Of a stretch of DNA of 64,000 nt, positions 49,086 through 62,635 are shown piece after piece (the stretch's first letter is position 1; every line of letters begins with the position of its first letter). Location of the stretch: the NCBI RefSeq assembly GCF_006345805.1, contig NC_043013.1, forward strand, positions 4,092,001 to 4,156,000, in the 5' to 3' direction. Under the pieces are notes generated by a model that was not told the origin of the DNA, made no database searches, and saw only the letters and a list, made by a program, of their open reading frames with translations. The position numbers and the translations under genes were made by a program. This DNA comes from Octopus sinensis. Its lineage: Eukaryota.

Positions 49086-51291
49086 GCACACACTTATACA
49101 TACAGTAACACACATACACATATATACTTACATACAAATACGTTGGTTCTTAATGCGTGTATGTATAAAGGCACGTTTATATTTAGGTGTGTGTGCATGG
49201 ATTTGTCCATTCGTTTCGATATTGTGACCATTTAAAGTGGTTTGCTTTTCTTTGCCTTCTCCCTGAAGTAACCAGAAATATTTAAATAAATTGCCCTGTA
49301 TTTTACATTTAGTGTTTAGAAATTTTTGTCGTTTATATTTGTCTGTGATACATTCGTGTAAGTATTCTTTTAATGGTCGGAAACTGTGTCGCTTCCTATA
49401 ACATTTACTGCAAACCAGCGAATTTATGCTGGCATCGATATTGTTTCAGGCTGTTTATAACTCGACAGTTGCGACTCGTAAAACTTAGTTTAGTGTTTGG
49501 TCGAAATAAACGCTTAGAACACAAAATAAAATATTCTAAGGGAAAATAATAAAAAACATTTGGTCTAGTTTATGGACGCTTAGAAAGAAGGGACGTTCAG
49601 TAAATCACGAACATTTGTGCTCATTGTTTTGTTTTTCTGCCATTATATTAGAGAATATGTAGCAATTTACATAGATATAAGACATTGGTTGAGAAACAAG
49701 AACAAACATAAAAGTATACTTCCTTTCATAACACCCCCTATTACAGAAATATTGTAGGTGATATGAATGGCCCGTTACTGTTCTAATACCTTTATAAAAA
49801 TAAAGGAAAAAACATTAGTGGTGGAAATGGAATGTTAAGTATATCTCTGAGAAACATGACGCAGCACTTATAGGGAGGCTTGCACTGAATAGTCAGAAGT
49901 TAGCCAGCCACTGAAACAGAATGGTAAGATACAAGAGTTAAAGAACCTACTACGACAAAATTATAATTTTGTACTAAAGTTCAACAATATTGATGATGTC
50001 TTTTCCAAGACCATTATATATGTAGGAAAATTATGTTCAAACAAGGACTAAAACAAGAAATTGTTTTCCAGTCACTTACTCCGGAGCGATAATCACTCTG
50101 ATTTTTTAAGTGAATTAGTGACATTAGCCGTTGAAATAACGTCAACCAGCAATAGAAATCGGGTCGCTGTCTTAGTTTAAGAAGAGTTTAATTTCTACTA
50201 CACGTTTTTCCACTTCATACGATAATAATAATGATTTCTGACATAGACATAACGGACAGAAAAATAAATATGTGACCTTTCTGTCTGAAAATTTAAAACG
50301 TAAGCTCAAACATGGAATCAAAACTAGGTTACATACTAGACACGTCGAAGACTTACTCTACACTTATAAAACCGCAGCCATCAACATGAGTCGTGGTAAT
50401 TTGGAAGTCAGTTATCATATAGGCTCTTTAATTGTAATAGCATAAACGATTTATTAAAATACGACAATGAGCGATAGTTAAAAAGTTGCTACATAGGAGT
50501 ATCATTGCTAGGTTCTGATTACATGAAAGTAAAACACATGATTACTTTGATCATACTCTCTAGGAACATAATTGAAATGAATGTTGTGACTATGGCAGAA
50601 GAGATAAGGGTCTCTCATTTGTCCAGACATTACTGGCTTGAGCTAAATTAATGTCGACTTCTTGATAACCAGCGGCCTGCAATCGTCAACTGTAAGCAAG
50701 CTTTCTACGAGCTGAATATGCAACTAAGTGTTGACTCTCAGTTGAAACCCTTTCACTTCACTTATGTCACTAACAGCTTTGGGAAAAACAATGCCCTATT
50801 TCTTCAACCATTTTAAAACTGAATACTTACGGCTGGATAAAGTACAAAATTCTGATCAATTATGTTCCAATCGTTAACGAAAATCACATTCCTATATCTC
50901 TTAGTTTAATTGAAGTGATGTTGTACATTTCTTATATCCACGTAAGACTCAATGAGTTAGGGAACAGGGTAGTCGGGTGATGTGTGTAAGATTAATGCTC
51001 CACTCTGTGTTTTAATTATGGTTTTCATTGAAGAAATTACACATAGAACATCTAAATGAAATTAGCAACACACCAAGAGATACTTTGGATATACCTATCT
51101 ATGTTGAACTTAGCTTCAATAGCGTCTGTAGACATACAAAGAAAAAGATCAGAATAAAGTTATGAAATTCAGTTGACAATAACCTCTGCTTTGTCTCGTA
51201 CTTTAGCTTTTGAATGCTGCCACTTCGCTGGCTTGGCAATCAGGCCAACATTTCCTTTGACTGGACGGCAACACTGTCGCAGGTGTTATAT

Positions 51292-51692
51292 TATATACTC
51301 TTTTACTCTTTTACTTGTTTCAGTCATTTGACTGCGGCCATGTTGGAGCACCGCTTTTAATCGAGCAGCTCGACCCCGGGACTTATTCTTTGTAAGCCCA
51401 GTACTTATTCTATCGGTCTCTTTTGCCGAACCGCTAAATAACGGGAACATAAACACACCAGCATCGGTTGTCAAGCAATGCTAGGGGGACAAACACAGAC
51501 ACACAAACACGCACATGTATATATATACATATATACAACGGGCTTCTTTCAGTTTCCGTCTACCAAATCCACTCACAAGGCTTTGGTCGGCCCGAGGCTA
51601 TAGCAGAAGACACTTGCCCAAGATGCCACGCAGTGGGACTGAACCCGGAACCATGTGGTTGGTAAACAAGCTACTTACCACACAGCCACTCC
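51292..51692 (-). mobile_element. SINE family B, full length
   Basis: Tail ctcttttactcttttacttgtttcagtc..head cttaccacacagccactccagcgcct. Confidence 0.92.
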
Positions 51693-51702
51693 AGCGCCTA
51701 TA

Positions 51703-51735
<33 letters not shown>

Positions 51736-52107
51736 GATAATAATAATAATATTAGGGAGTATATCCAAATTTACAGGGAAAAATTAGATTTAGGATTAAA
51801 TCAAATTTCACAGTATAAATATAAATTAAATTAGAGATAAAACCACTATTAGGCAACTCAAACAGTGAAAGACATAAAGCAAAACATAAAAAACAAAAAA
51901 TCGGGTAGTTGTAACTTGAATTGAATGCTAGTCAGACTATGCAGTCGGCGGGGCTTTCCCATTAGTGAGGTGGAGGGCGTATTCTTTCCAAAATGAATAA
52001 TCCTTCCTGATGAACCGTTTTTTATGTTTTGGTTTATGTCTATCACTGTTTGAGTTGCCTAATAGTGGTTTTATCTCTAATTTAATTTATATATATATGT
52101 ATATATA

Positions 52108-52174
<67 letters not shown>

Positions 52175-52212
52175 ATATATGTGTGTATATATATATATAT
52201 ATGAATATATAA

Positions 52213-52817
52213 TCGTTTACCTTATTTCCTACCACCGGTTGAGTATATGTGTGAAGACAGCCAAAAGAAGCATTTGACCCATACTGTCTTCTTCCAACTG
52301 TTAAACATGGAAGATCTGTGATGATCTTGGAAATGCGTCGGGTCAATGGTTTCCCTTTATGGTAGAATTAATAGTGAAGAGTATTTAAGCATTTTTTTCT
52401 GATAAAATTCATCCTATGGCTGCGGAACTTTTTCCGGTGGGAAACGCAACCTTTCAGGATGATAATGCATCAATTCACACAGCTAAAGTTATTACTGAAT
52501 GGCACGAGGAAGATTCTATTAATGTTGAACATCATTTCTAGCCACCACAGTCCCCAGATCTCAATATTGCTGAACATTTATGGTGCATTTTGGAAAAACA
52601 AGTAAGGAGTCGATATCCTCCACCATCATCACTACAAGAACTGGAGACTGTTTTAGCTGAAGAATAGACAAAAATTCCTTCGGAAACAATTCAAAGTTCG
52701 AATGAGTCCATACCTCGTAGAGGTCAAGCTGTAATTACTGCCAACGGCTGTCCTACCCCATCCTAAAATAAATTTATTTCAAATTTTGAGGTGTTTCCAT
52801 ATTTTGTCCAACCTCTG
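52213..52817 (+). mobile_element. Tc1-like element, 3' fragment with right TIR
   Basis: Aligns to ~5853-6475; FQDDNA..SPDLNIAEHLW; TIR ggtgtttccat-attttgtccaacctctg followed by TA. Confidence 0.9.
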
Positions 52818-52846
52818 TATATATATATATATATATATGTATATAT

Positions 52847-53206
52847 GTAAAAAATACAAACTGGGACAAGAACGCAAAACATTAGAAGACGATACAAAAA
52901 ACATGGACGGGACATTCGAAGCCTCTAATCTTCAGTCAAGAACCGGATCATCCTCGCAATTTCGGCTGAATATTCTTGAGATTGCTCCGATCTGGCCATT
53001 CGAGGCTTTCTTCCAAGGAATCTAATGCGCTTGGCTTAGATTTTCCTTTGGGGCTTGCCAGATCGGAGCAATCTCAAGATTAATCAGCCGAAATTGCGAG
53101 GATGATCCGGTTCTTGACTGAAGATTGAAGGCTTCGAATGTCCCGTCCGTGTTTTTTGTATCGTCTTCTAATGTTTTGCGTTCTTGTCTCAGTATGTATT
53201 TTTTAC
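52847..53206. mobile_element. Foldback element, 150-bp inverted arms and 60-bp spacer, embedded in (TA)n
   Basis: 52847-52996 is the reverse complement of 53057-53206 with about 7 mismatches. Confidence 0.88.
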
Positions 53207-53255
53207 ATATATATATATATATATAGCAGCGCCCGTACCCTTTTGATCTTATATA

Positions 53256-53352
<97 letters not shown>

Positions 53353-53579
53353 TGTATGTATGTGTGTGTGTGTGTGTATATACACACATGCAAAATTAAT
53401 ATAAATAGCAGGTTGGAATATTTCATCAAAAGGGAGAATTATAAATGTCTCCGAATGTGACTAGAGTGTTCTCGTTATATGCACTCATTCATGTAGGTTA
53501 ACTACAGTAGTAGAGCATTTACCTCTTATCTTTAGCAATGTAGGTGTTTTTTAACACTCGAGTCAGATTTAGCAACATT

Positions 53580-53666
<87 letters not shown>

Positions 53667-53736
53667 TATAATATATATATATATACACCGTATCTTGCGG
53701 TATGGCAGACGCTGCACCATGGAAGACTCGCAATGA

Positions 53737-53865
53737 TTTATCGACCCCGAAAGAATGAAAGGCAAAGTCGACCTCGGTGGAATTTGAACTCAGGACGTGG
53801 CGGCAGACGAAATACTGCTAAGCATTTCGCCCGGCGTGTTGACGTTTCTGCCAGCTCGCCGCCTT
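53737..53865 (-). mobile_element. SINE family A (5' portion)
   Basis: ttatcgaccccgaaagaatgaaaggcaaagtcgacctcggtggaatttgaac..ctgccagctcgccgcc. Confidence 0.85.
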
Positions 53866-54127
53866 ACTGGATATTATATTATTAATTCATTGACTTACCC
53901 GAGATAAAAGCTCCGCTCTTCTATTCAGCTCCTTACTCAGTTTCCACGGAGCTGCCAACGACATCCCTCAGTTGCTTACTTTCATTTTCGTCGTCTATTC
54001 TGTTGCTATATATAATACTACTAAATTTATATACGCCCCCTACCTCTGTCTGTCTGTCTGTCTGTCTGTCTGCCTGCCTGCCTGCCTCTATCTCTCCTTC
54101 TTTCTCTCTCTCTGTATGTCTACCTAT

Positions 54128-54352
54128 TTCTTTATTACCCACAAGGGATTAAACACAGAGGAGACAAACAAGGACAGACATAGGTATTAAGTCGATTACA
54201 TCGACCCCAGTGCGTAACTGGTACTTAATTTATCGACCCCGAAAGGATGAAAGGCAACGTCGACCTCGGCGGAATTTGAACTCACAACGTAACGGCAGAC
54301 GAAATACCACTAAGCATTTCGCCCCGGCGCGCTAACGTTTCTGCCAGCTCGC
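54128..54352 (-). mobile_element. SINE family A, long-tail variant
   Basis: tttctttattacccacaaggg..gaaaggatgaaaggc..ctgccagctcgcc. Confidence 0.9.
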
Positions 54353-54639
54353 CAGCTCACCTCCTCTCTGTATGTCTACCTATCTATCAATCTACCTTAC
54401 TCTTTCCTTACTTTTTCCTTTGACCTCTCCCCTCTCCCATCTCTGCCCTTTTTTTTCCCACATTTTCTTCTTGTTTAGTTGTCTATTATTCCTCTCTGAC
54501 TTTCTTTCAAACGCTCTCCGTCAAAATTCCTATTAATTTTAGCCTTTTTTCTTTCTGTTTATTTCCGACGTTTTTCACCTTTCTCACTGTCTTTCATACT
54601 GACTCTCCTCCAGCACACAAATCTTAAACACATAAATTC

Positions 54640-54702
54640 ACACCACACACACACACAAACACACGCACACACACACACACACACAACACACACACACACA
54701 CA

Positions 54703-54733
<31 letters not shown>

Positions 54734-54770
54734 CACAAACACTAACCCCCCACACACACACTCACACACA

Positions 54771-54815
<45 letters not shown>

Positions 54816-54830
54816 ACACACACACTGATA
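54640..54830. repeat. (CA)n microsatellite
   Basis: Direct reading. Confidence 0.9.
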
Positions 54831-55137
54831 TTCATACCCAGCTGTAAAATTTCTACATAAGCGTAACAAATGCCTAGCTCAGGTTTACTTTCGTGGATAT
54901 TATTACTGCTGTTATTTCTCTTTTAGCTTCTGTTGTTGAAATAGTCATTTCTTCAATTTCTCCCTTCTCATTACGCTAACAAACCCCCACCACCCACATT
55001 CAACCACCCTTCAATGTTTTTATAACGTTCCATATTCTTTGATGTGTGTCAATGTCACCCAGACATCGTTTTCGTCTGCCACTTTCAATAGTTCATACCG
55101 ACAACTTCCTCTCTTTCCTTTTACTCCCACTCTACCA

Positions 55138-55201
<64 letters not shown>

Positions 55202-55211
55202 CGTCTATCCG

Positions 55212-55294
<83 letters not shown>

Positions 55295-55400
55295 GTCTGT
55301 CTGTCTATATATCTATCTATCTATCTATCTACATAGATAGATACTCTGAGTTTCACGTTCCCGTTCGCCGGACAGTTACATAGATAGATAGATAGAGACA
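55138..55400. repeat. (TATC)n microsatellite
   Basis: Direct reading. Confidence 0.95.
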
Positions 55401-55942
55401 CATATACACACACATATATTAATACATACATTCATTCAGATAAGTGTACACAAATGCACAGTCATACACATACTTTCATATGTACATTCATTCATACATA
55501 CAAAATTCACGCACACACACATACTCCCCCCCCACACACATACTCCCCCCCCACACACACACAATGTATGTTTTCGGAAAACAAAAAACAAATAGCTGAC
55601 GAAAATAGTAGGGTACGGCATATTGCCAACTAAAATCGACTCCGAATAAAGAGAGGAATAATCTCAAGAATAAAAATGAAACTCTCAGTTATTGGTATGG
55701 CAGTCTGTTTCCTCTTCTTCTGGAGACAAGAAGGCAGGAGTGGACACATGTTCCTGCCTCAGTAAGTGTTATCAACTCATCAGTTGTCCTACCGTGACTC
55801 CAGTTGATGTAAGACTTGTGCTTACACACAGAGTTACACATATATAGATTCGTATATTCATGCACGCACACGCACGCACACACACAGAAACAGCAGCAGC
55901 AGCAGCAGCAGCAGCAATAAAAATAATAAAACTTTACAATAG

Positions 55943-56140
55943 GAGCAAAGCCTGAAATTTTGGGTGAGAAGATTAATGCAATGCATCTACCCCAGTGCAC
56001 AAGTGGTACTTGTTTTATCGATCCAGAATGATGAAAGGCAAAGTCGACCTCTGCGGAAATTGGACTGGGATGCAAAGAGCCGGAAGAAATGCTGAACACA
56101 CTTTATCCAACGCGCAAATGATTCTGCAAACTCGCCTCCT
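55943..56140 (-). mobile_element. SINE family A (degenerate)
   Basis: aagcctgaaattttggg..gatgaaaggcaaagtcgacctctgcggaaatt. Confidence 0.75.
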
Positions 56141-56289
56141 TGACGACAACAACAATAACAACAACAATTACTATTACACCAACAAATGCTACAATTAAGG
56201 AATAGTAAGTAATAAAAAAATATTGAAAAGATGTTCTTGCTGGATTATGTTGCAAACTCAGTAACTGAATTTAAGTATGAACCAGACGA

Positions 56290-56526
56290 AGGAGCTACCA
56301 TCTTGAAGGAAAATACCAAATAGAAAAGCAAAAGTTTAACACTGTTATGGAAACCCTAAAACAACACCAAAAGGTGCAACACTACACTGATTGCATCGCA
56401 GTTCCACCAAAACAGGTTATTCACAAATAACCAGAGGCAGATTTTTAAGAGCTTCAGAGGAGATGCAGAGTTAATATACCTCCTGAAGGAGAGGAAACCC
56501 GCCAATTTTGGAATAACATCTGGGGA
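56290..56526 (+). mobile_element. R4/Dong LINE pre-RT fragment
   Basis: LEGKYQIEKQKFNTVMETLKQ..QNRLFTNNQRQIFK..ETRQFWNNIWG. Confidence 0.75.
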
Positions 56527-56529
56527 CGC

Positions 56530-57110
56530 ACCTCTATTGTTGCGAACCGATTCCCTCTGGCAAGATACACAACATCTTGCCAGATTGGTTGTAGGTATTT
56601 TCCCGCCTGTTCGTTGGTAATTCTTCCCAGATTTTTTCCTTAATTGATTCTGTCTTTAAAATAATGATTTCACCTGGCTGGGAGGGGTAAGTTTGATCTC
56701 ATACCTCTCTCTTTAAACTTGTCTAGTTCTTGGTTTTCAACTTTCAAGTCTTCCCTGTTAACGCCGGCAACGGCCGCAAAGTTGTTTACTTTTTGTTTTC
56801 CACCTGTAATTTTCATTTCTTTTGTGTCTTTCAATAATTTTCTGTTCAACTCCTGAACTTGTTGGTTCAAATCTTCGTCCGACAAAGACACATCTGATGA
56901 ACTTATACTCAAAATGATGAGAAAAAAAAATTCAAAAAGGGAAAATGTTTCTTTTTCTTCCCAAGGGGGAAACCGTTAACAAATCTTTCAAAAGGCAGTA
57001 AAATAAGGTATTTCGAAACAAACACAATAAAAGTTCAACGAAACGGTAACACTTCCAACAATAATTTCAACAAAAATTACAATATTTACGTCCAAAGCAA
57101 CCGATCAATT
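56530..57110 (-). mobile_element. L1/Tx1-like ORF1 5' fragment (paralogue of 57350-59060)
   Basis: ORF 56670..56912 continues (frameshifted) into LQPIWQDVVYLARGNRFATIE, homologous to LGSVMKDIACLSRGNKYATVE at 58.7 kb. Confidence 0.7.
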
Positions 57111-57349
57111 TCAGATGATTGTAGCTATTTCTTTTATTGACCATAAGGCCTTACACAGATGGGACGAACAAGGACCGACAAGACAGCACAAGAGGGGACA
57201 AAAAAAAAACTAAACGGATGAATGAAATGAAATTACATAAATATGAAGATGTAATGGCTACTCGACCCCATTTCCGAGTAGTACCATTTTAACTATATTT
57301 TCCACTATTTTGAATCCTACGTTTATCCGAATAATTATCTTAGTAAATG

Positions 57350-59060
57350 CAAAGTGGCTTCAAGTTTTCGAATTCCACCACAGATAGCAAATGGTCATAT
57401 CTTATCTCTACCCCTAATGGATTTACATCGTCTCCAAAGTTTGCTTTTAATTTTTTATAGTTTTTCATGTCAATCAAAATGCATTCCATACCTGGAACTC
57501 TTAAGATGTTAACTTAAGAGTTCCAGGGTCGATTATTTTTTGGTGTGACCCAAGCTCCGCAATGTCTTTTGGGTGTATCTTTTTCATGTCGTTGTATAAC
57601 TTCCTTGAGATTCTTCCGTAAGTGAGGACTCCTTCTTCAACATCAGCCTGGAAGATTTTTGATTGCAGGTTGGGCACAATCACACCCACCTAGTAAGTGT
57701 TGGTGTTTCTAAACACTACCATTACCGTTTCCGGTTTTTCCCCCACAGGTTTGGTGGCCTGTACCAGGACATCTCTTCTGTCGTTCCTTTACTTTCTATC
57801 AGTTTTTCAGCTGTGACATTTCTGGACAACTTTAGGATTTTCTTTTCCCTTTTTGGGAGGGGTTTATTCTTTTCCGGTGTTACCACTTCTGGTCTTTTTC
57901 TTGAGACCACCTGGAACTCCTTTTTGCCATCCTCTTCTTGGGCCGCCCCGTCACAGCTGGTGGTAGCCCCTTGGCCTGGCTACCACCTGCACCTGCTCCT
58001 CACTGGTTACTGGTGGTAGCCCTCTGGGTAATGGCCTCCTTGGCCGGGGCTATTACCTTCTCATCATTTGTTTCATCTTTGTTATTACTGGTGGTAGCCT
58101 TCTGGGTAATGGCCTCCTTGGCTGAGGCTACCACCTTCTCGTTGTTGGTCTCAGTATTGGTGGTAGCCCCCTGGGTAACGGCCTCCTTGGCCGGAGCTAC
58201 CACTTTTGCCGCTTTCTTGTTGGTGGGGAGAACTTCCTTCTCCCCACCTTTCGCCTTTTTCTTGGGAGGTCCACACTCAGCCCTCTGGTGTCCCTTCATT
58301 CCGCACCGGAAGCACCGAGGTTTTCTCCCTTCCACATTTATGATTAAGGCTGACTCCTCCGCAACCTGTATTCTGTCGGGGAGCTCTTCTAAGTCTGCAG
58401 GTAAGCCTGTATCAGGATTTCCAAAGATCGTTCTTTTCAATTCTGGGAGACATCTTTTTACCTGGATTACCTCCAGTTTTTCTTCTCTATTGAAGAGGAG
58501 CATGGCAACAACTTATACTACCTCAACATCAGGAGGGATATTCATGATTTTTACCCGGAACGTCCTTCGTCCCAGATATAAGGGTAATAGTGCCATTTTG
58601 TCGTTCTGCAAGGTCCGAGCGGAATAATCCTTAGCCTTTTCAACCGACTCGAACCTTGCTTCGACTGTTGCGTACTTGTTTCCTCGGCTCAGGCAGGCAA
58701 TATCCTTCATTACTGACCCGAGACACTCCTCTGTATTTTCCTCCTCGAACCGCCTCACTTTCTTGCTTTTTAAGCAGAACGTTTTATATATTACGGTTCA
58801 TTCCCGTCTGCAGGTAGTTATTTCAGGTGTGTGTGTGTGTGGGATTTACTTTCCCCGTTGCTTTCAATTATTTTGCCAAACAAAAGTTGTATTTCAGCCT
58901 TTTTCAAGGTAATTATTTCCTCTTGTTGACCAACAGCAGCGGCGTAACTCATAGGTGCCAGCGTGGCTCCCGCTTCCGCAGTTGACGCCGCAGTGGAACT
59001 CAAAATTAATGAGTTCCCTCTACAACGAGGTAAAAAATTACACAGTTTATACAAATCCTT
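57350..59060 (-). mobile_element. L1/Tx1-like ORF1 (gag-like CCHC knuckle), broken, with no ORF2 following
   Basis: ORF pieces 58818..59054, 58513..58758, 58000..58503, 57722..57910, 57501..57689; CFRCGMKGHQRAEC at 58273-58314. Confidence 0.8.
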
Positions 59061-59893
59061 CCCCCGTGGGGTAAGGTAACAACAACAATATTACAAGCCG
59101 TTAATTAACAACTCAACGGCTACAACAGTAAAACAACAACAATGAATCCTGCACCAGGCAACAATTATTTAAACTCACCTACAGATCTCTAAACGTTATT
59201 CAATATCCAGAAAAACAGATGATTGAAACCACGGTGAAAAGATATCAATGTTAATTTACTGATGCATTTGGGCAAGTCTATGTCTGTATTATCAAACAAT
59301 TTCAAAGAAATGTTTAAAAAAAGTTCAAAACTCTGCCAAAATCCGGTACAAATTCTTCATGGTTCAAAACTTTGCTTATTTTTTACTCAACCTGTTAACA
59401 TAAGCCTGAAATGGGAAAATTGTATCTATTAATTCTATGTTTACGTTATATAACAATTCCCTTTGCATTTTTGTAGGACTGTGCAGATATACAATCATTA
59501 AATGCTATTACTGGAGTTCAAGTTTATCCCGGAAGTTCTGTTTCTAACAGATGCTGCAGATGATCAATAAAATCTTAAACATGAACTTGTAAACCAGACC
59601 TATGATGACATGAACGAATTGAAATATTCATCTGAATCATCATAAAATTAAAATTAATATCATGGTAACGCATGGTGAGGAAGGTGAGGTTGTAATACTA
59701 GTCCGGAAACCGGTCCACGTGAGTCCAAATACTCGAATGTATGCTGAGTGATTGTCTAAGCCCGTTTTCCTTCAGACTGTTGATTTCTGTAGTTATCAGC
59801 GTATTTTGGTAATTTAAATAAGAGTTTTGACTGTATATCTACTAGCATGTAGGCATACTTAATATGTCCTTTCATTAATTTTAATCCTTCATG

Positions 59894-59944
<51 letters not shown>

Positions 59945-61001
59945 TATATATACAAATCTCTTAGCTGAGAGGAAATACACACAGAGATAGAGCATATACA
60001 TACATGCAGGAACGATGCATACACACTCACACGCATATACCTATTCATGCGCAGATGATGCCCATGTGCACATACAAGCATACGGGCTTGACACACAACA
60101 ACGACAAAACCATAACAGCGACAGAAAGCTAATAGCGAAGATGAGAGACAGATTATTTTCATACCAAAATGAATGGGTGCGCTATAACGTTCGTATAAGT
60201 CTTACTTGCGTCGTATCAGTTCAGTATCGTTAGCAAGCCCACCCATGCAAATGTAGCAATCTCAACCACAACCCTCTCTACCATCTAAAATGTATATAGA
60301 GGTGATGTGCCCCTTCTGTTGTGGCTTTATACGCTACGAATGTCAACGTCTCAATATTATTCTCTTGGTAAAGACAGTTAAATGTTAAATATATTCCGCT
60401 GTCTGTTTGTCATCCAGCTATTTCCTCACCTAACAACTACCGTCGCCGTCTCCCCACTTCACTCTCTTTTATCCAAACAACACCTTTAAAGAAAAGGATA
60501 ACGACTTTTGTTTGAACAATGACCGACATTTTGCATTGTCAGTCTCAAATGGGTTCGTATTTTTGCGGTGGTTATTGTTATTATTGTTATATTTTAGACT
60601 CAGAAATGAATATTAGTACGTCATTGTTGTTGTTTGAGTTGCTGTTGTTAAGGAAGTTGTTTCCCATGATTCTGTTGTAGCTGCAATGGTTGCTGTCATG
60701 ATTGTGGTTGATGTAGTTGTGTAGTTCCTGTTATAACCTGTTGAAACTTGTGATTGTAGTTGCCGTTGTCGTCGTCGTCGTCGTGTTGTTCCAGCAATGG
60801 TGGATTTTATCATTTGATTTTTACTGTCGTCATTAAAAGGAAAAGAGACAGTGCCTCGTGAGGTACTCCGTTGCAACACATCATATTGGACTATACGGAA
60901 GTATTTCACACAAAAGTGTATAAAACAGTATGATAGTGTACATCCATAGATAAGTGAAACTAAAGACAAGTGCAATGCAATGCAATAAAACTTAGGTTTT
61001 G

Positions 61002-61418
61002 GGATCTTTTCGGTTTGAACGGCAGTTTTTTCTAGCGGTGTGATATGAAATTGTCACCCATAATTATGAACCTAGTATCGATCTATTGCATTTCAATCTG
61101 TTTTCGGGTTAGGGTTAGTTAGGGTTAGGGTGGGGGAAGGGTATCTTTTTTTTTTCACAAATGTAAATAAACCCAATCTGTTTCTTAAACGAGGGACACA
61201 TTCATACGGCACAGAATGTTTTTTAACTCAATGGACGTCATTGATTGGTTGAAATTGCAGAAATTGAATTAAAAAAAAAACAACAAATATCTTACAAACT
61301 ATAGAATTTTCTCAATAAAGCCAAGAGAAAAATATGTTTTATAAACACATTCTATCAGTAAAATTTTTTAGTTATCTAGAAATTATGTTAAAAACTGCCG
61401 TTCAAACCGAAAAGATCC
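61002..61418. mobile_element. GG-TIR MITE copy 3
   Basis: Same TIRs; perfect TSD aggttttg; internal ttagggttagttagggttaggg. Confidence 0.92.
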
Positions 61419-61683
61419 AGGTTTTGTTTTTAGAATATTGTAAGACTGTAATGACGTGAAGTGTGGTGTTATCGTTTTGTTCCATATAAGCCGTGGTTGA
61501 GTAGACCTAAGATCAAATATGTTATAATCATGATCAACACGGCTGTTTGTTTATATAGGAATACATTATCTAATATTTTCATAATTTTTTAAGATGGTAG
61601 GATGTGACCAGAGACGAATTTGGTTATTGTCTCCACTAGAGTGAACGACGGCATAGGAGTGTAGTGTGCTTTATGTAGTAGAG

Positions 61684-62475
61684 CAGGGACCACCAAACGA
61701 CGGTCCAGGGGTGGGATCTGGCCCGCGAGGTCAGTTCCTCCGGTCCGCCACCGCACTGTACCTTTTGTGTACCTGCACTGAAAGTTCATTCCTGCAACAA
61801 TCGTGTTTTCATTTGCATTGCTGTGTTGAAACCGGTTTGAAGAGTGCCGTATATAAAAGGGACTGACCAGTAAATTGTGTCATATATTTTGCATATTTGA
61901 GTGTTGAAGGAACTCACAAGAGATAAGCAGGTAAGCATCTCATTGGCTCGCAAGCAAATGACTTGTTGAAAGAGAAGCACAGAGAAGGAAAATTTGTTGA
62001 ATTTCATTGCTGCTTACCTGATGATGAGTTTTCAAAGTTGAAGAAATTTACTTCTAATATGACACCAGTATATGGAATAACTTATGTCTGCGAGCAAACA
62101 TTTTCGAATATGAAGTATGTGAAGTCAACACATCGAATGAGGTTGACTGATGAATATTTGAATGCAATTCTCTTGGTTGGATGCAGCAATTCCAAAGCAA
62201 ATATTGATGATATCTGAAAAGCTTAACGCCAGTTTCACAAATCTCACTAACCTGTTTTTGTTGCTTGGTTTGTGAGATTCGGATATGTGCGCACTGGGTG
62301 TGATATAACTATCTTATTGCTAACATCGCCTTCTTTGATAACGTTTTGATAAATAAATATGTTGGTTGCCTTTATTTTTTGTGTATTTACTGTATTTCGT
62401 TGAACAAAGCGGTTATGTGACCCGCATTCGTCATTTAGTTATCTGGCCGCTGTGAAAAAAGTTTGGTAATCTTTG
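61684..62475 (+). mobile_element. hAT (Charlie/Buster-type) internal-deletion derivative
   Basis: Termini cagggaccaccaaac../..gtttggtaatctttg; TSD tagtagag/cagtagag; ORF 61963..62217 YGITYVCEQTFSNMKYVKSTHRMRLTD (hAT C-terminal dimerisation block). Confidence 0.88.
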
Positions 62476-62504
62476 CAGTAGAGGTCGTGTTGCCCGATGA
62501 TGAC

Positions 62505-62524
62505 ATGTCATAATACATTTTACC

Positions 62525-62567
<43 letters not shown>

Positions 62568-62630
62568 CATACATACATACATACATACATACATACATAC
62601 ATACATACATACATACATACATACATACAT
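62505..62630. repeat. (TAGA)n-(TACA)n microsatellite
   Basis: Direct reading. Confidence 0.95.
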
Positions 62631-62635
62631 AGACT

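Noticed and set aside
57938-58627. 229-aa hydrophobic plus-strand ORF resembling a membrane protein
   Set aside because: It is the antisense shadow of the minus-strand ORF1 peptide repeats
59476-59645. Possible exon after tttgcatttttgtAG
   Set aside because: All three frames contain stops and no recognisable protein motif
61108-61135. Interstitial telomere or chromosome fusion site
   Set aside because: Only 2-3 TTAGGG units, and they are an internal part of the three-copy MITE
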